A stretch of 64,000 nt of DNA from Rebecca billardiae RCC1528. Lineage: Eukaryota; Protista; Haptophyta. The DNA lies in the NCBI GenBank assembly GCA_965240325.2, contig OZ251226.1, forward strand, positions 372,001-436,000, given 5' to 3'. Positions 35,401 to 46,405 of this stretch are shown piece after piece. The notes under the pieces are model-generated. The model saw only the letters and a list, made by a program, of their open reading frames with translations. It did no database searches and was not told where the DNA came from. The first letter of the stretch is position 1, and each line of letters starts with the position of its first letter. The position numbers were made by a program, and so were the translations under genes.

Positions 35401-37281
35401 GCCCTCCGCCCGAGCGGCGCTCTCGACGGCGCCCTCGCCTCCGTGCGCGCTGCAGACGACTGGAGCTCGCTGCTGGGCGCGCTGAGCGCTTGCTACGAGG
35501 GGCTGCTGAACTGCGAGAGCGCGGAGGCGCTGCTGGGCGGCGCGCTCGACGTCGTGCTGCCCGCCGCGCTGGAGACGGTGCGCCGGCTGCCGCCCTCGCC
35601 CGAGCTGCCCGCGCACGCGCGCACGCCCCGCGCCGCCGAGCGGCTGCGACCGCTGCGGCTGCGCGCGCGCACGCCCACGCCGCCGAGCGCGCGCACCCGA
35701 GGCGCAGCCAGCCGCTCCGGCCGGCGCGAGACGCCGGCGCGCGCGAGCTCGCCCGGAGCGGCGTGCGCGGACGGCGCGCCCGCCTCGCGCGAGGCGGAGC
35801 CTGAGCGCGCGCCGCCACCGCCGCCACTCGGCTCGCCACCGCCGCGCTCGCCCGCCGCCGCCGCTGGCGGTGGCGGCAGCCCGGCGCCGCGCGCTCGCTC
35901 GGAGCGCGCGCTCGCGCAGGCTGCGCTGCACGCGCGCGTGCGCGACACGCTGCTGCGCGCGCCCGCCGACATGCGCGAGGAGTACCACGCGGCGGGCGCG
36001 GGTGCGGGCGGCAGCGGCGGGTGCGGCCCGGTGGCCGCCCCGCGCGCCGCCGAGGCCGAGCAGCCCGGCACGCCCGCGCCGCCGTCCGCGCTGCCGCCGG
36101 CGCACCGGCGGGCGCGGCACCGCCGTGAGCTTGAGCTGCAGCTGCTGCTGCGGCTCGAGCTGGGCGCGGCGCGCGCGGACGCGGCGCGCGCGGAGGAGCG
36201 CGACGCGCCGAGCGCGCAGCAGCCCGAGGCGTCGGCGCCGGCGGGCGCGCGCACCGCGCCCGGCTCCAAGCGCAAGCGAAGCCCGGCCCGCGCGCTCGGC
36301 CCCGCCGCCGCCCGCGCGGCCGCGTCCGCGGCCGAGCTGCCCGCGCGCGAGCGCAGGGAGGTGCGGGGGCTGCTGACCGAGCTGCACGTGCTGCTGGACG
36401 AGTCGCTCGGCGGCGGCGCGCCCGCCACGCCGGCCGGGGCGGCGGGCGGCGGGCAGAGCAGCCGCTTCGAAAGGCTGCTATGCGCGCAGCTGCACGCCCG
36501 CTTCGCCCACCGGCTGCCCGCGCTGATGGCGGAGCTTCTGGATTACTTCGAGCTGAGCGCGCCGACACCGCCCGCGCGGTCGGCGAGCGTGCCGCCGACG
36601 GCGCCGCCGCCGGGCGGCGAGCGCTCGCTGGCGGCGGGCGGCGCGGGGAGTGCGCAGGAGGGCGGCGCCGTCGCCCTGCCACGCCTGCCGCCGCCGCCCG
36701 CCGCCGCCGCCGCCGCGTGCGCCGCCGCCCGCGCGCCCGGCATGCCGCCCATGCCGCCGCCGCTGCCGCCGGCCGCCGCCGCCGCCGCGCTGCCGCTGCC
36801 GCCGCGCGAATACCCCTACACGCACACGCACACGCAGCGCACGGCGCCGCACTGCTCGCGGCCCTCGCCGCACCGGCAGCGGCAGTCGATGGAGCGGCGG
36901 CAGATCAGCGTGGCGCTGCGGAAGCAGAAGGCCTCCAAGGGCGCGCGCAAGCAGCAGCGCCCGCGCGCGCGCAGCGCCGCGGCCGCCGGCGCGACCCTCG
37001 TCGAGGTGGACAAGCGAAGGGCGGTGCGGCCGGCCGGCAGCGCCGCCGACGGCCGGCTGCGCGCGCACCAGTCGGCCAAGCGCGCGCGCAAGCAGATCCT
37101 GCAGGCGCGCACGCCGGCGGGGCGGCTCGCGCGGCCGAGCATCGCGAGCACGCTCGCTGCGCAGACGCCAGCGCGGCGCGGCGGCGACGCGCTGCCGCCG
37201 TGGGCGCTCAGCCAGCCGGCGCGCGCGCAGCCGACAGGCAGCAGCTTCCTCCGCGTCGCCGAGACGCCGCTCAAGCCATGA
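32449..37281 (+). CDS. TICRR: Probable Treslin/TICRR (Sld3-related) replication initiation factor
   Basis: N-terminal 'IAVLIDGS...TVRILDH...RKWSARVY...ASLSDFAWLPVE' resembles Treslin_N. 'RRELELQLLLRLEL' resembles the Sld3/Treslin domain helix. C-terminal 'VAETPLK' resembles the CDK site. Recognised from memory. Confidence 0.6.
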   Translation: MIAVLIDGSAEQWAGGCRVPELMLATVRILDHCTTASATTVDRKWSARVYGGARGSQLAAGLERPTAISDASLDQLETLLDKVARAHATAQAPLAGWPALVDACKASLSDFAWLPVEVSDSGEEVDTEAERHIVIVAPELLGGGDAAESAAHARQLDALVSRRAGAARARVHWVDTSAAPPRDRARAQAAAEARRLVERGGGGVIALDWLVRTRHAPIPLPLLMRCALGGAPQGAGQPSSGAHAPAEPEPTKREAKGVGAGGAAARPAGSGADALAVTLLADDGRVLCDGLVAHAVGAALLARPADDPAATVAHGAERRAAGAGSGAPPRAQLRLQLVATACLASLAPALLDARSAGYALLTASAAGGAAARCAWVALLCSLAEAGAAAIVREADPPARERGALSDASGALDAAPPSADEPRPLLALRPLSAGAACAHRLSVCAPRVPCLPTPTPAPSSAAPPDPHAPALVGSAPAQDLAAAAQPAAGPRTTRTRARAAAAARAEGAAYGAAPSPRGSTAAGARQPAPRTRAAQAQEAAPKRASAEPPVHARLSGSERAAEAVATTTAPAGARGAEPAPRSLPDDDGCAESGRAESGCAASLREEDALARALLWRATDWHLPALLRDARGGADDASATAAAAVARSAEAPTAAADERAPLLPTACQPQGRQAAGVEQAPSAGGCEPRAAEDCALGGGGGGGGGGAGDSVTAEAPPPRAARGAQSGAAQRPDPSLLPPGLQAVPLAHALGAAAQPRPRGRAAASAAARKRSRAPERRAEARRPRPARAPEPSAHAALCTAEAPSVAVAAVAVPAAEQLSLRSRLEHACALRAERLVARAAAAAHDAELERSAAARAAACARVPAATATARATPVEAEAGSERARVGACTGLVVYPGSSPTPAPPPPAAEPHAAAPPPPPRAVALGAAAADSHAAAAASGAGRAADAGGGVACRALTLCAAPGALSALSAPSAPLGALGPAPPAPAALRPSGALDGALASVRAADDWSSLLGALSACYEGLLNCESAEALLGGALDVVLPAALETVRRLPPSPELPAHARTPRAAERLRPLRLRARTPTPPSARTRGAASRSGRRETPARASSPGAACADGAPASREAEPERAPPPPPLGSPPPRSPAAAAGGGGSPAPRARSERALAQAALHARVRDTLLRAPADMREEYHAAGAGAGGSGGCGPVAAPRAAEAEQPGTPAPPSALPPAHRRARHRRELELQLLLRLELGAARADAARAEERDAPSAQQPEASAPAGARTAPGSKRKRSPARALGPAAARAAASAAELPARERREVRGLLTELHVLLDESLGGGAPATPAGAAGGGQSSRFERLLCAQLHARFAHRLPALMAELLDYFELSAPTPPARSASVPPTAPPPGGERSLAAGGAGSAQEGGAVALPRLPPPPAAAAAACAAARAPGMPPMPPPLPPAAAAAALPLPPREYPYTHTHTQRTAPHCSRPSPHRQRQSMERRQISVALRKQKASKGARKQQRPRARSAAAAGATLVEVDKRRAVRPAGSAADGRLRAHQSAKRARKQILQARTPAGRLARPSIASTLAAQTPARRGGDALPPWALSQPARAQPTGSSFLRVAETPLKP

Positions 37282-37779
37282 ATGACGCCGATGGCTCCGA
37301 AGTGCTCCACGCGCTTCTACTGACGATGAGCTGCCGTGCTGACGATTTGCGGCGATCTACTGACGACGATGATGTGCCCCGCCGCCCTTGCCGGGGCGCG
37401 CCAGCCCTGAATCCTGATCCGCCGCCCAGACGCGAGCTGGCTGCCGCTGGACGCCGCGACGCGCGCGTCTCAGCGCCGCGATATTCTGATGAGTCTGACG
37501 CCGAGGGCGAGATGGCAGCGCAGCCGCAGGCCCGCAGGATCGGATGCATGATGCGGCAAGCTGTCGCGCGACTCGCGCGTCATCATGATCAAGATTCAAG
37601 TGAATAGTCATATTGACATATAGTGATGCCATGATCGACGACATAGAAAGCTGCGCTGTGCCGTGATGTGCGCACGCAACGTGTAGTAGCTATATATAGA
37701 TCGTCAGCATCGAGTGAGTTCGACATCGTCACATCGAGTCGAAGAAATACTCATCGAGTCTCGAGAGCGGGAGAGACCG

Positions 37780-37851
37780 GAGAGAGAGAGACGCCGAGAG
37801 ATTAAGCGTATACGTATATATAGAGAGCGAGAGAGACTCAGAGAGAGAGTG

Positions 37852-37917
<66 letters not shown>

Positions 37918-37987
37918 AGAGAGATGTAGATATATAGATATAGATATAGATATAGATATAGATATATATATATAGACGTACATATAG
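37780..37987. repeat. (GA)n and (GATATA)n microsatellites
   Basis: Directly visible in the sequence. Confidence 0.9.
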
Positions 37988-40600
37988 ATTACCAGGTGGC
38001 CGCACGCCCTGCCTGAACCGGCAGCCGCGCTTTAGGGAAACACCATCCGGGGGGCCGCCTTTCACTTAAGGACACGCGGGTGGGTGATTACTGAACACGT
38101 GAACCATGTCCTTTTCGGACATACGCACACGCAAGATCTTGGGTACGCAGTCATACTATCTGAATCCTGAGCGCCCACAAGCCCTCTTGGGTCCATGATA
38201 ATCTGCCTCGTCAGCGAGCGTCCAAAAGCGAATCCGACGGAAGGTTTTGATTGAAAGCGAGCGCTTTCTCCACTACGAGACGGATTCCATTCTGGTCCGC
38301 TCGTTCTGAACCAAAAGGGCATGGATGCCGTTCCACGGCGCGCGCGCGGTTGGGGCGGGCGGCGAAGCGGTTTGGTCGGTGGGGTACGGTACAGTCTGTG
38401 GCGGGCCGGCGGTGGGTGAGCTACCTATGCAGTTTAGTTGCGCACGCTCGCTCGACGGCAGACCGGCCATAATCATGCAAGTAGCAATAGCATCAAGCTG
38501 TATGTGTCCGCCACTCCGCCAAGTCAAGAAGTGCTAGTCCCTACTTAGTTACGCCGGCGGCCGGCGGGCACATATCATTCACTAGAGACGGCACCCTCGA
38601 CGCCACTATTGGCCTTCCGTACCCCGCCCGCCGCAAGCCCGCCGCACATCCGTATATGATCGTGAGCGTTTCAGACGACAAGTGGACTAGGGCAGCAGCT
38701 GGCAAAACGCACCGTCGTCGGCGTCGATGGCTCACACGATCGCGTACCCGGTGGTGGTCGGAGTGCCGGTTGGGTTCACCATGCCCAACGGTCTCCCTTC
38801 GGGCCAGTCGGCCCGCACGAATGCGCCGCGACCAGCGCCATTTGCCTCGCAACCATCGGCAGCATCGTTGCGCAACCGGGGCGGTCGCATTTGCCGGCGC
38901 AACATCTACCTGACCATCTCTGCAGTGCCCAACAACCATCCTCTCCTTTCCAACCTTCCTGCAGTGGCGACACACTTGCTGGCGCCATTGAGGGGCAAAC
39001 AGAAGGAGTTCGTAGTCAGACGACTCATTTAGTGCTGACATCAAGATAGATATAATAGATATAGACATTGACCCGCTCCTCAGGGAGTCCTCGGCTCCTC
39101 CGCGACGAGCATCAGTCCGACCTGCTCGCCGCCAGACTTATCTGCGCCGGCGTATATAGACTGAATGTCGCGATGAATGTCAGAATGAGCCGCCTCAATT
39201 ATAATATAACGGATACTATTGGGCTGCCGGCGCTGCGCCCGGCGCTGCCGCCAGTCGCGTGACGGCTCAAGCGAGACCGTGGCAGCAATTGGCGTAGCAG
39301 CGACGATCACGATGATGTCGATGATCGATGGCGATGCCGCCGCACTCGGTGGCATCCGCGATGACGGATGCAGTCTCAGGCACCTTCGCAGGATGCGCAG
39401 CAGCGCTCAACCTCGCAACCGGATGATCACGTACAGGAAGCCGTCCGGATGGCTCGACGCCGACGCGAGCCAGTCGATGGGCGCGTCGATCGGCGCGGGC
39501 ACACCCTGGACGAGCACCTCGCTGACGTGCGGGCCTGGCACCGCTGCCGATGGGCCATCGGCTCGCGCCGTGCTGTCGCATGCTTCCGCCGCGGTCGCAG
39601 CTGCGGTAGACATTCGAGTGAGCAGCAGCGCGCAGTGCGCTTGGCTCGGCTTGGCAGCTCGGCGAGCGTCAATCCGTCTGAATTCACGGCCGATTCAGTG
39701 CGCCGCTGCATGGCCGTACCGTGGCTCGCAACGACGGTATCGTCTTCGACGACATGGATTTCACGCACATGACGGCCAAGGCCGTGATCAAGATGCTCGA
39801 CCCCAACTACGAGCGATCGGTGCACACGCGCTACACGAATGCCAAGATCCCCGCAGACATGCCACGCGTGTTCACGACAAATCTGGCCATGCAGTACCCC
39901 TACGAGCACATCTTCCCGCCCGGTCGCAACCTCGAGCAGCAGCGTGCGCTCAACCGCCGCTTCAAAGTCGTGACGGTCGATGCCGACCTCTTTGCGGCGG
40001 CTCCCGCCGCCGGCGCGTCAGCGGCTGCCGTGCAGACGTGAGCCATCAGCAAGCGTGCGTCGGTGCATAGCCGCAAGATGCCCTGCTCAGCCCTGCTGAG
40101 CTGCTCAGACTGGCTTGACCCTCACGCTAGTGCCAGGCGGCCTGGCGGTGAGGCGCCGCGGCAGCGGGCCGCCCTTTCGTCAGCCCTCTCTCGAGCGGCT
40201 TGCGGCGAGGGCGAGAACAGCGGTGAAACTGAAACATGGGTGTCCTCGGGCCAATCAGGTTAGCGCAAACAGACCGCGCAGCCTGAATGCGTTGAGAGGA
40301 GCTAGTACACCGACCCTGAATAGCCCTATGGGCGAACTCGTTTTGCGGATGTGGAGGCCCCCAAGATTCCGCCGATGATTCGGCACGATTAGGGAAGCAT
40401 GCAAGCGTCCAACCGGTACAACATAAGAAGCCGCTGAGAAGTATAGGCTCAAAAATGACCATAAGCCCCAATCGCGGGGCGTACGGTTGCGTGTGTTCGA
40501 CAACTTGACCCTGAAATCAATTGGAGACCGGGTAGAGCGGTCCAAGGCGCGGCCGGCGTCAGACCGCCGACTCACGCATATGACTTCTCCACCTGGTAAT
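37988..40600. mobile_element. 2.6-kb unit bounded by a 12-bp inverted repeat, carrying a decayed CRESS-type Rep
   Basis: ATTACCAGGTGG (37988-37999) and CCACCTGGTAAT (40589-40600). Both flanks are (GA)TATA-type microsatellite. Confidence 0.6.
38727..40041 (+). pseudogene. rep: Degenerate CRESS-DNA-virus-like Rep (HUH nickase plus SF3 helicase)
   Basis: The 5' part has motif I-like 'RRNIYLTIS' then 'KEFVV'. The 3' part (39721-40041) has Walker B 'GIVFDDM', 'RSVHTRYTNAKIP', motif C 'RVFTTN' and Arg finger 'ALNRRF'. The middle is disrupted; HUH and Walker A are not recognisable. Confidence 0.75.
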
Positions 40601-40666
40601 TCATAGATATAGATATATAGGTATATATATATATAGTAGCAGTAGCAGAGAAGTATAACTATATAT

Positions 40667-42242
40667 ATGACCGCGTTCCGCGGTCCTTCCGTAGAACCAA
40701 CGTAGTTAGAGGCCCGCGGTGCACCCTCCGTTGCGCCTCGTGCCGGCAGAGCGAGAGCGCGCGCCACTGCTGCGGCCCCGCCCCCCGGGCCCGTGCGCTC
40801 ACTCACACGGCGCTGCGCAGCCGCGCACCGAGAGGCGAGACCGAGCGCGGAGCTCGGGGTGGAACGAGGCGAGCGGCGGGTCGCGCCTGCCGCCGCGCGT
40901 GCGCGCCTGCTCCACCGCGCCACCGTGCAGCGTGCTCGCCCGCCGCCTCCTCCGCCGCGTCGGCCTCGAAGCAGCGGCGGCCAGCCAGCCGACCGAGGCT
41001 GAGCCCGTGCGTGCTCACTCACCCGGCGCGGTGGCGCCCTCGAGTCGACGGCCGTCTACTCCACAGCTGGCTGCTCGAGCTGCTGCACGGGGCGTCGCGA
41101 CGAGGGCGCCGCGCGCGCCCAGCCAGCGCGTCCGTCGCCGCGTCGCGCACGGCGCAGCGCGTCGAGCTCGGCGCCGCGCTTCCGGGCCAGCTCGGCGCCC
41201 AGCGCCTGCGCGCGCACGTGCTCCGATGCACGGCCCGAGTCAGCTGGGCGCCCGGCTGCGCGACCGAACGGGAACCGGCGCGCGTTCCACGACTGTCACT
41301 GCTCCTGCTTGTCCTCACGCTGCTGCACCTCCACGCCGCCGTCGACCGAGTTGCTAAGGAGGAGCTCGCGCTCGACGTCACGAGGAGCGAGCTCGCGTGC
41401 TCGAGCTCGCCCTTCAGCCGCGCTAGCTCCGGGCGCATCCGTTGCGTGCTCGCGGCGCGCTCCTCCTCTAGCAACGAACGAGCTTACGCGTAGTGCTCCG
41501 GACTCGGCTCGCCCTTGCGCGCTCCTCCTCGAGGACGAACGCGCCCGCGCGGGCAGGGCCCGCGCCCGGGTAAAAAACCTGCTGTGTTCGGCCTCGGCCC
41601 TCGGGCCGCCATCCAATACCGGGTGCCGTTCGTCATAGTTCAGACTCGGCCAATCGGTAATCGGATGCGACGCATCATACTCGCCGGGAGCGCAAAGGTT
41701 CGTCGTCAGTAAAGTTGAGTACTTGACGGATTTTTGGTAGGACCTCCATGCATCACTGCGCTTGGGTCTCGTCCCATTTGGCAGCGCGCAAAGGTTCGTC
41801 GTTAGTAAAGTTGAGTAATTTGGCAGCGCGCAAAGGTTCGTCGTTAGTAAAGTTGAGTACTTGACGAGACTTTTTGCCAGGAGCCCAGGACCTCCATCGC
41901 ACGCGCTTGGGTCATCGTCCTATTTGGCAACATTATGGTCGTATGAAGATTTACAACAAATCGCAGATTCGTTCACCCAGATATACTGACAAATGCACGT
42001 CCACAGGCTCACGTCCGTCCGTAGATACGGAATTGGAGCGGGCGCGGCTATTTCGTCAATCGAGTCTTGCTAATGCAAAGCAATGGGCCAATGTACCCCT
42101 CGAAAAAGCGAAAACTCACCCTCCAACAGCCCTCAAAATCGTCCCCCGTCCCCTTTTCTTTGATCAAAAGATCTTTTTGACAACGTAGTGAGGGCCCCCG
42201 GCGGGGCTCCACGCTACGCGCTCCGCCCTGCACCGCGGGCCA
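40667..42242 (-). mobile_element. Non-autonomous Helitron2/Helentron-like element, copy 3
   Basis: Both ends are the reverse complement of copy 1. ~41780-42242 matches 1020-1445, and 40730-41200 matches ~2420-2840. Contains repeated GCGCAAAGGTTCGTCGTYAGTAAAGTTGAGTA units. Confidence 0.75.
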
Positions 42243-42543
42243 TAATAATAAACTAAGCTAGCAGGCAGTAGCAGCGCAGCAGACAGAGTTGAGCAGACAG
42301 GCCGAGCAGTGTCACGTCATGCACGTGCGCCCGCTGCCTGACTAGTGCCTGGCCGGTACATAGCCGCTGGGACCCCGTCAGCCACGGGTCAAGCCGTCAG
42401 CCGCTGGCGGCCATCTTCTTCGGCCGATGCGCCTGACGAACGAGTCCGCAGTGCCGTCGTACAGTATCCGGTATTGGCGGCATCATCAGCAGATGACGAG
42501 TCGTTGTCGAGCACGCCGGCACCGCGGCACACTCCTTGGCGCA

Positions 42544-45052
42544 TCAGCTGACGATCGTCTTGCTGACGGCCTCGCGCACGCGCGCGTGGTCCAAGAGGTC
42601 GGCCTGCGAGAGCGCGACGCCCGCCTGCTCCTCCTCGCTCACCGGCTGCGCCATGAGCTTGAGGAAGCGGCGCGCAATCATCACACCCATGTCTGCGCGC
42701 GCACGCGCACGAGCGCGGCGCCCGCCGTGCCCGCCGTGCCGGCGGCGGCGCGTGGCGATCAGCCCGCTCCGTGCGGCGGCCGGGCGCGCGTTAAGTGCGG
42801 CGCGCGCGCACACGCGCACACGCGCACGCGCGCACGCGCGCACCGGTCGAGAGGTTGAGGTGCGCCTCCGTCATGTGCTGCCCGATCCACGAGGGCAGCT
42901 TGTTGCGCTTGTCGACTCGGTTGAAGCGCGCGTCTGCAAACACGATCAGGCCGTAGTCCGTCTTGCCGCGGATCACGCGCCCGGCGCACTGCGCGGCCTG
43001 CCGGATCGCGTCGAACGTGATGAAGTCCGCCTCGTTGATCTGGCACGTCTCCGCCAGGTACTCGAGCCGCGCCGTGAGCGGGCGCGACTTGGTGTACTGG
43101 AAGGGCACGCCGAGCAGCAGCACCGCGCGGCCGTAGTGCCGGTCAAAGTCGACGCCCTCGGCGACCTTGCCGCGCGCGACGGAGAGGAAGACGGCGCCGC
43201 GGCCGCAGTCGCACGCGCGCTTGTAGTTCTCGAGCGCGAGCGTGGTCTCGACGATGTCGGGCGTCTCGATGAAGACGAGCTTGTGCTCGAGCACGCGGTC
43301 GAGCACGGTCGGCAGCCGCCGGCCCTGCTTGCCGTTCCCGTTGCGCGCGGGCTCGGGCGCGGTCGCCCAGCGGCGGATGACCTCCTCCATGTAGAGGTAG
43401 GAGGGGAAGAAGGCGACGAGGCCGTCGGGCACGTGCTCGGACATCTGGATGAGCAGCTCGCCGTACGCGCGCACCGTCGCCTCCTCGGAGCGCGTCTCGA
43501 AGCGCGTCGACAGCGGCGTCTGGTCGGCGGCCCTGCAGAGCACCAGTGGGCAGATGCACTCGCGCCGCAAAGACATGGTGAGCGTGCGCACGACGCTCGG
43601 CGAGAAGCGCAGGAGCTTGGGGTAGAGCTCGATGGGCGAGAGCGTGCCCGAGGTGATGATCACGCTCTGGAAGCGCTCGAACACGTGCTTGATCGCGATC
43701 GACGCGTCGAGGCAGCACAGCTGCAGCACCGGGTCCGGGAGCGACGGCGTGCGGTCGTCCGACGGCTCGAGCAGCACGCTGAAGCCCGACTCGAACGTGG
43801 CGCACATCGTGCCGAACTCGGCGACGAGGGTGAGCGGCTGGAACTCCTGCACGTTGGTCACCTCGAGCGTGCGCAGCAGCGAGCGCAGCCGCTCGGACGC
43901 GAACTTGAGCGGCTTCGCGTCCACGTTCGCCTCCTGCTGCAGCCCGGCGAGGAAGCGCGCCGGCCGCTCGACCGTCACGGTGCGCTCGGCCGCGCACCGA
44001 TCGAGCCGCGCCTTCACGTACCGCACGACGCGCTGCATGAAGGTGACGAAGTGCTCGGCGCGGCGGATGTTGCCCGGCACCGCCTCGTTGAGCATCGACT
44101 CGGGCAGCACCGGGTTGGCGCGCAGCTCGTCCGCCGCGCCCGCGCCCTGCGGCAGCGCGCCGCTCTGCGCGAGGCCCGACACCAGCCGCTGGTACTCGCG
44201 GTTCAGCCGCTCCGCGTCCACGCGCTTGAGCTTGGCGACCTCGGCGTGGAGGCGGCCGATGTTGCGCTCGCACGCCTGGAGCGTCGCCTCGCGGAAGTTG
44301 ATGCTCATCACCTCGATGCACACGTTGTCGATGTTGTGCGCCTCGTCGAACACGATGATGCACTCGCGCTGCAGCGACTTTGAGATCAGCCCCGCAATCT
44401 TCGGGTCGAGCAGGTACTGGTAGTTGTACACGACCACGTCGGCGAAGGAGACGGCGTGGCGCGCGAGGAAGTACGGGCACCAGCCGCGCCCGCGCGCCAG
44501 CTCCTTCAGCTCGTCCAGCGTGTACACGCCGTGCTCCAGCGCCGAGTCCGTGCCGTGCGCCTCGAGCGCCTCGTAGAAGGGGCACAGCTCGACCGCCTCG
44601 GGCTGGCTCGCGCCGCGCGCGCGCACCCACGAGGCGGTGAGCGAGCGGCAGCGCGTGTCGACGGACTCGCGCTCGGACTCCTGCGACACCGTCTCGTGGA
44701 TGCACATGTTCTTGCGCGACGACAGCCCGATCGCGAGCAGCCGGTGCGAGCGCTCGGCGCCGCGCAGCCTGTCGCGGTGCTTCTCGAGCTGCTGCAGCTC
44801 CTCGAGCACCTTCTCCATCTCGGGGACGGTGCGCGTGCAGTAGACGAGCTTGCCCACCTCGGGGTGCGCGCGCTGGTACGACGTGACGAGCGAGAGCAGC
44901 GTCACCGTCTTGCCCGTGCCGGTCGGCATCTCGAGCAGCGCGTGGCCGCGCGCGTCGAGCGCGCGCTTCACCTCGAGCATGTACGCGTACTGCTCGGGGT
45001 AGATCTGCGCGTACGGGAAGTCGACGGTGAGCCCGTCGAGGACGATCTCCAT
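42544..45052 (-). CDS. XPD: TFIIH helicase XPD/RAD3; exons 42844-45052 and 42544-42692
   Basis: FPYAQIYPEQYAYM, LEMPTGTGKT, Fe-S cysteines (NMCIH, CRSLT, CPFY, WCPYF), FDEAHNID, TSGTLSP, ARGKVAEGVDF, AQCAGRVIRGK. Intron 42693-42843 gives LST-D-MGVMIARRFLKLMAQP. Confidence 0.97.
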
Positions 45053-45421
45053 GCTGGCGTGCGTGCGCGCGCGCGCGCGAGCCCGAGCGGTGCTGGTCGC
45101 CGCGGGGGAAGCCACTCTCGCCTCACGGCCACTACTAGTACACGCCGAGCGCCATGGCCGTGTCCCGGCGACCCGGCCAAAGCGCATCCGGATTCCGGGC
45201 GCACCATCGTCGTCCGGATTTTTATTGGATTTTAGCCGAGGACCGCCAATAATTGTTATTAATTGATTGCATGGACCGACTCAGGCGACTGTCGTCGACG
45301 ACTCAGACTGGCAGCCATTCGTGCGTCAGCCTGGCGCTTGGCAGCAAGGCGAAGCGCCGCGCCGCGCCGCAGATCACATTGGCGACAGAATCGTGCAGTC
45401 TGCGACACACATCCTCGATGA

Positions 45422-46405
45422 TCATGGTGACCGCATCGTCAGAGTACTAGCTGTTTGCAAGTGTTTGTCCGACGCGCAGATCAGCTCTGCAGACATGGCC
45501 ACGCGCAGTGTTCCTTCCGCCCACGCCTGCGAGATGATGATGTCCCCGCTCTGCAAGCGTGCGCCTTCCAGAAGCGCGAGGACGTACGGCAGAGCACTCT
45601 CGCGCAGCAGCAGGCAGCCCATCCCCAGAGCAAAGGGCACGTCCGGCAGAAGGCTGCTAACTTGGCTGGGCAGCGCTCCCTTCTTGCGCTCTCGTCGATC
45701 CCCTTTGGCGAGATCCCACGTGTGCGGAGGGTTTGTCCGCAGGAAGCGGCAAAAGCGCTCCCGCCAGCTCGGCAGGAGCTGCATGTCGTCTTCCATCAGC
45801 AGGACATACCTCTCATCTATGCGCGGCGCGCGACCGGCAGGCGTCGACGTGGGGCTGGCCGGCTCGGCGTCCGTCATCACAAAGCCACGACGCGTTTTCG
45901 CGAGCGAGGCGTTGATGTCGCGCAAAGCCTGGATCTTGCTGAGCGTGTTGCAGATGTAACGCGCGCAGGTGATCCGTCCGAACTGGGTGTTGCCCAATAT
46001 ACGCGTGATCCCTCCATATGCACTCCAGTGAGGGCACCCGATCGGAGAATTGTTGACCAAAAACAAGATGCCCGGATGCACGCAGCCCGTCAACGTGCGC
46101 TTCGACGGATGATCCATGATCACTTGCGCACAGTTGCGCTGCGCGCGCATCGCCCGCACCATCGTGCTATTCGCATACGTGTCCGGGTGCGTGATGATCT
46201 CCTTCAGGTCAGCAGCGGGCGGCGGCTCGATCGCGGGGACTCGTACGGCGGGCACGCGAGCCTCTTGCAATGTGCGCTCCATGAACGCACGCCGCTCCAC
46301 GCAACGATCGCAGTTCACGTAGTATGCCGCCATGATGCTCTCGTCCTTGCCACACTGGGCAGTCAGCAGTACAGCTGCCGCCAGTATGCCGAATGGATGC
46401 AGCAT
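45422..46405 (-). CDS. Glycosyltransferase family 25-like protein
   Basis: Signal 'MLHPFGILAAAVLLTA', then 'YYVNCDRCVERRAFME...RVPAI', 'YVLLMEDD' and 'WDL'. Confidence 0.65.
   Translation of the reverse strand: MLHPFGILAAAVLLTAQCGKDESIMAAYYVNCDRCVERRAFMERTLQEARVPAVRVPAIEPPPAADLKEIITHPDTYANSTMVRAMRAQRNCAQVIMDHPSKRTLTGCVHPGILFLVNNSPIGCPHWSAYGGITRILGNTQFGRITCARYICNTLSKIQALRDINASLAKTRRGFVMTDAEPASPTSTPAGRAPRIDERYVLLMEDDMQLLPSWRERFCRFLRTNPPHTWDLAKGDRRERKKGALPSQVSSLLPDVPFALGMGCLLLRESALPYVLALLEGARLQSGDIIISQAWAEGTLRVAMSAELICASDKHLQTASTLTMRSP

Noticed and set aside
38031-38037. TTTAGGG telomere-like word
   Set aside because: Single occurrence, not an array.
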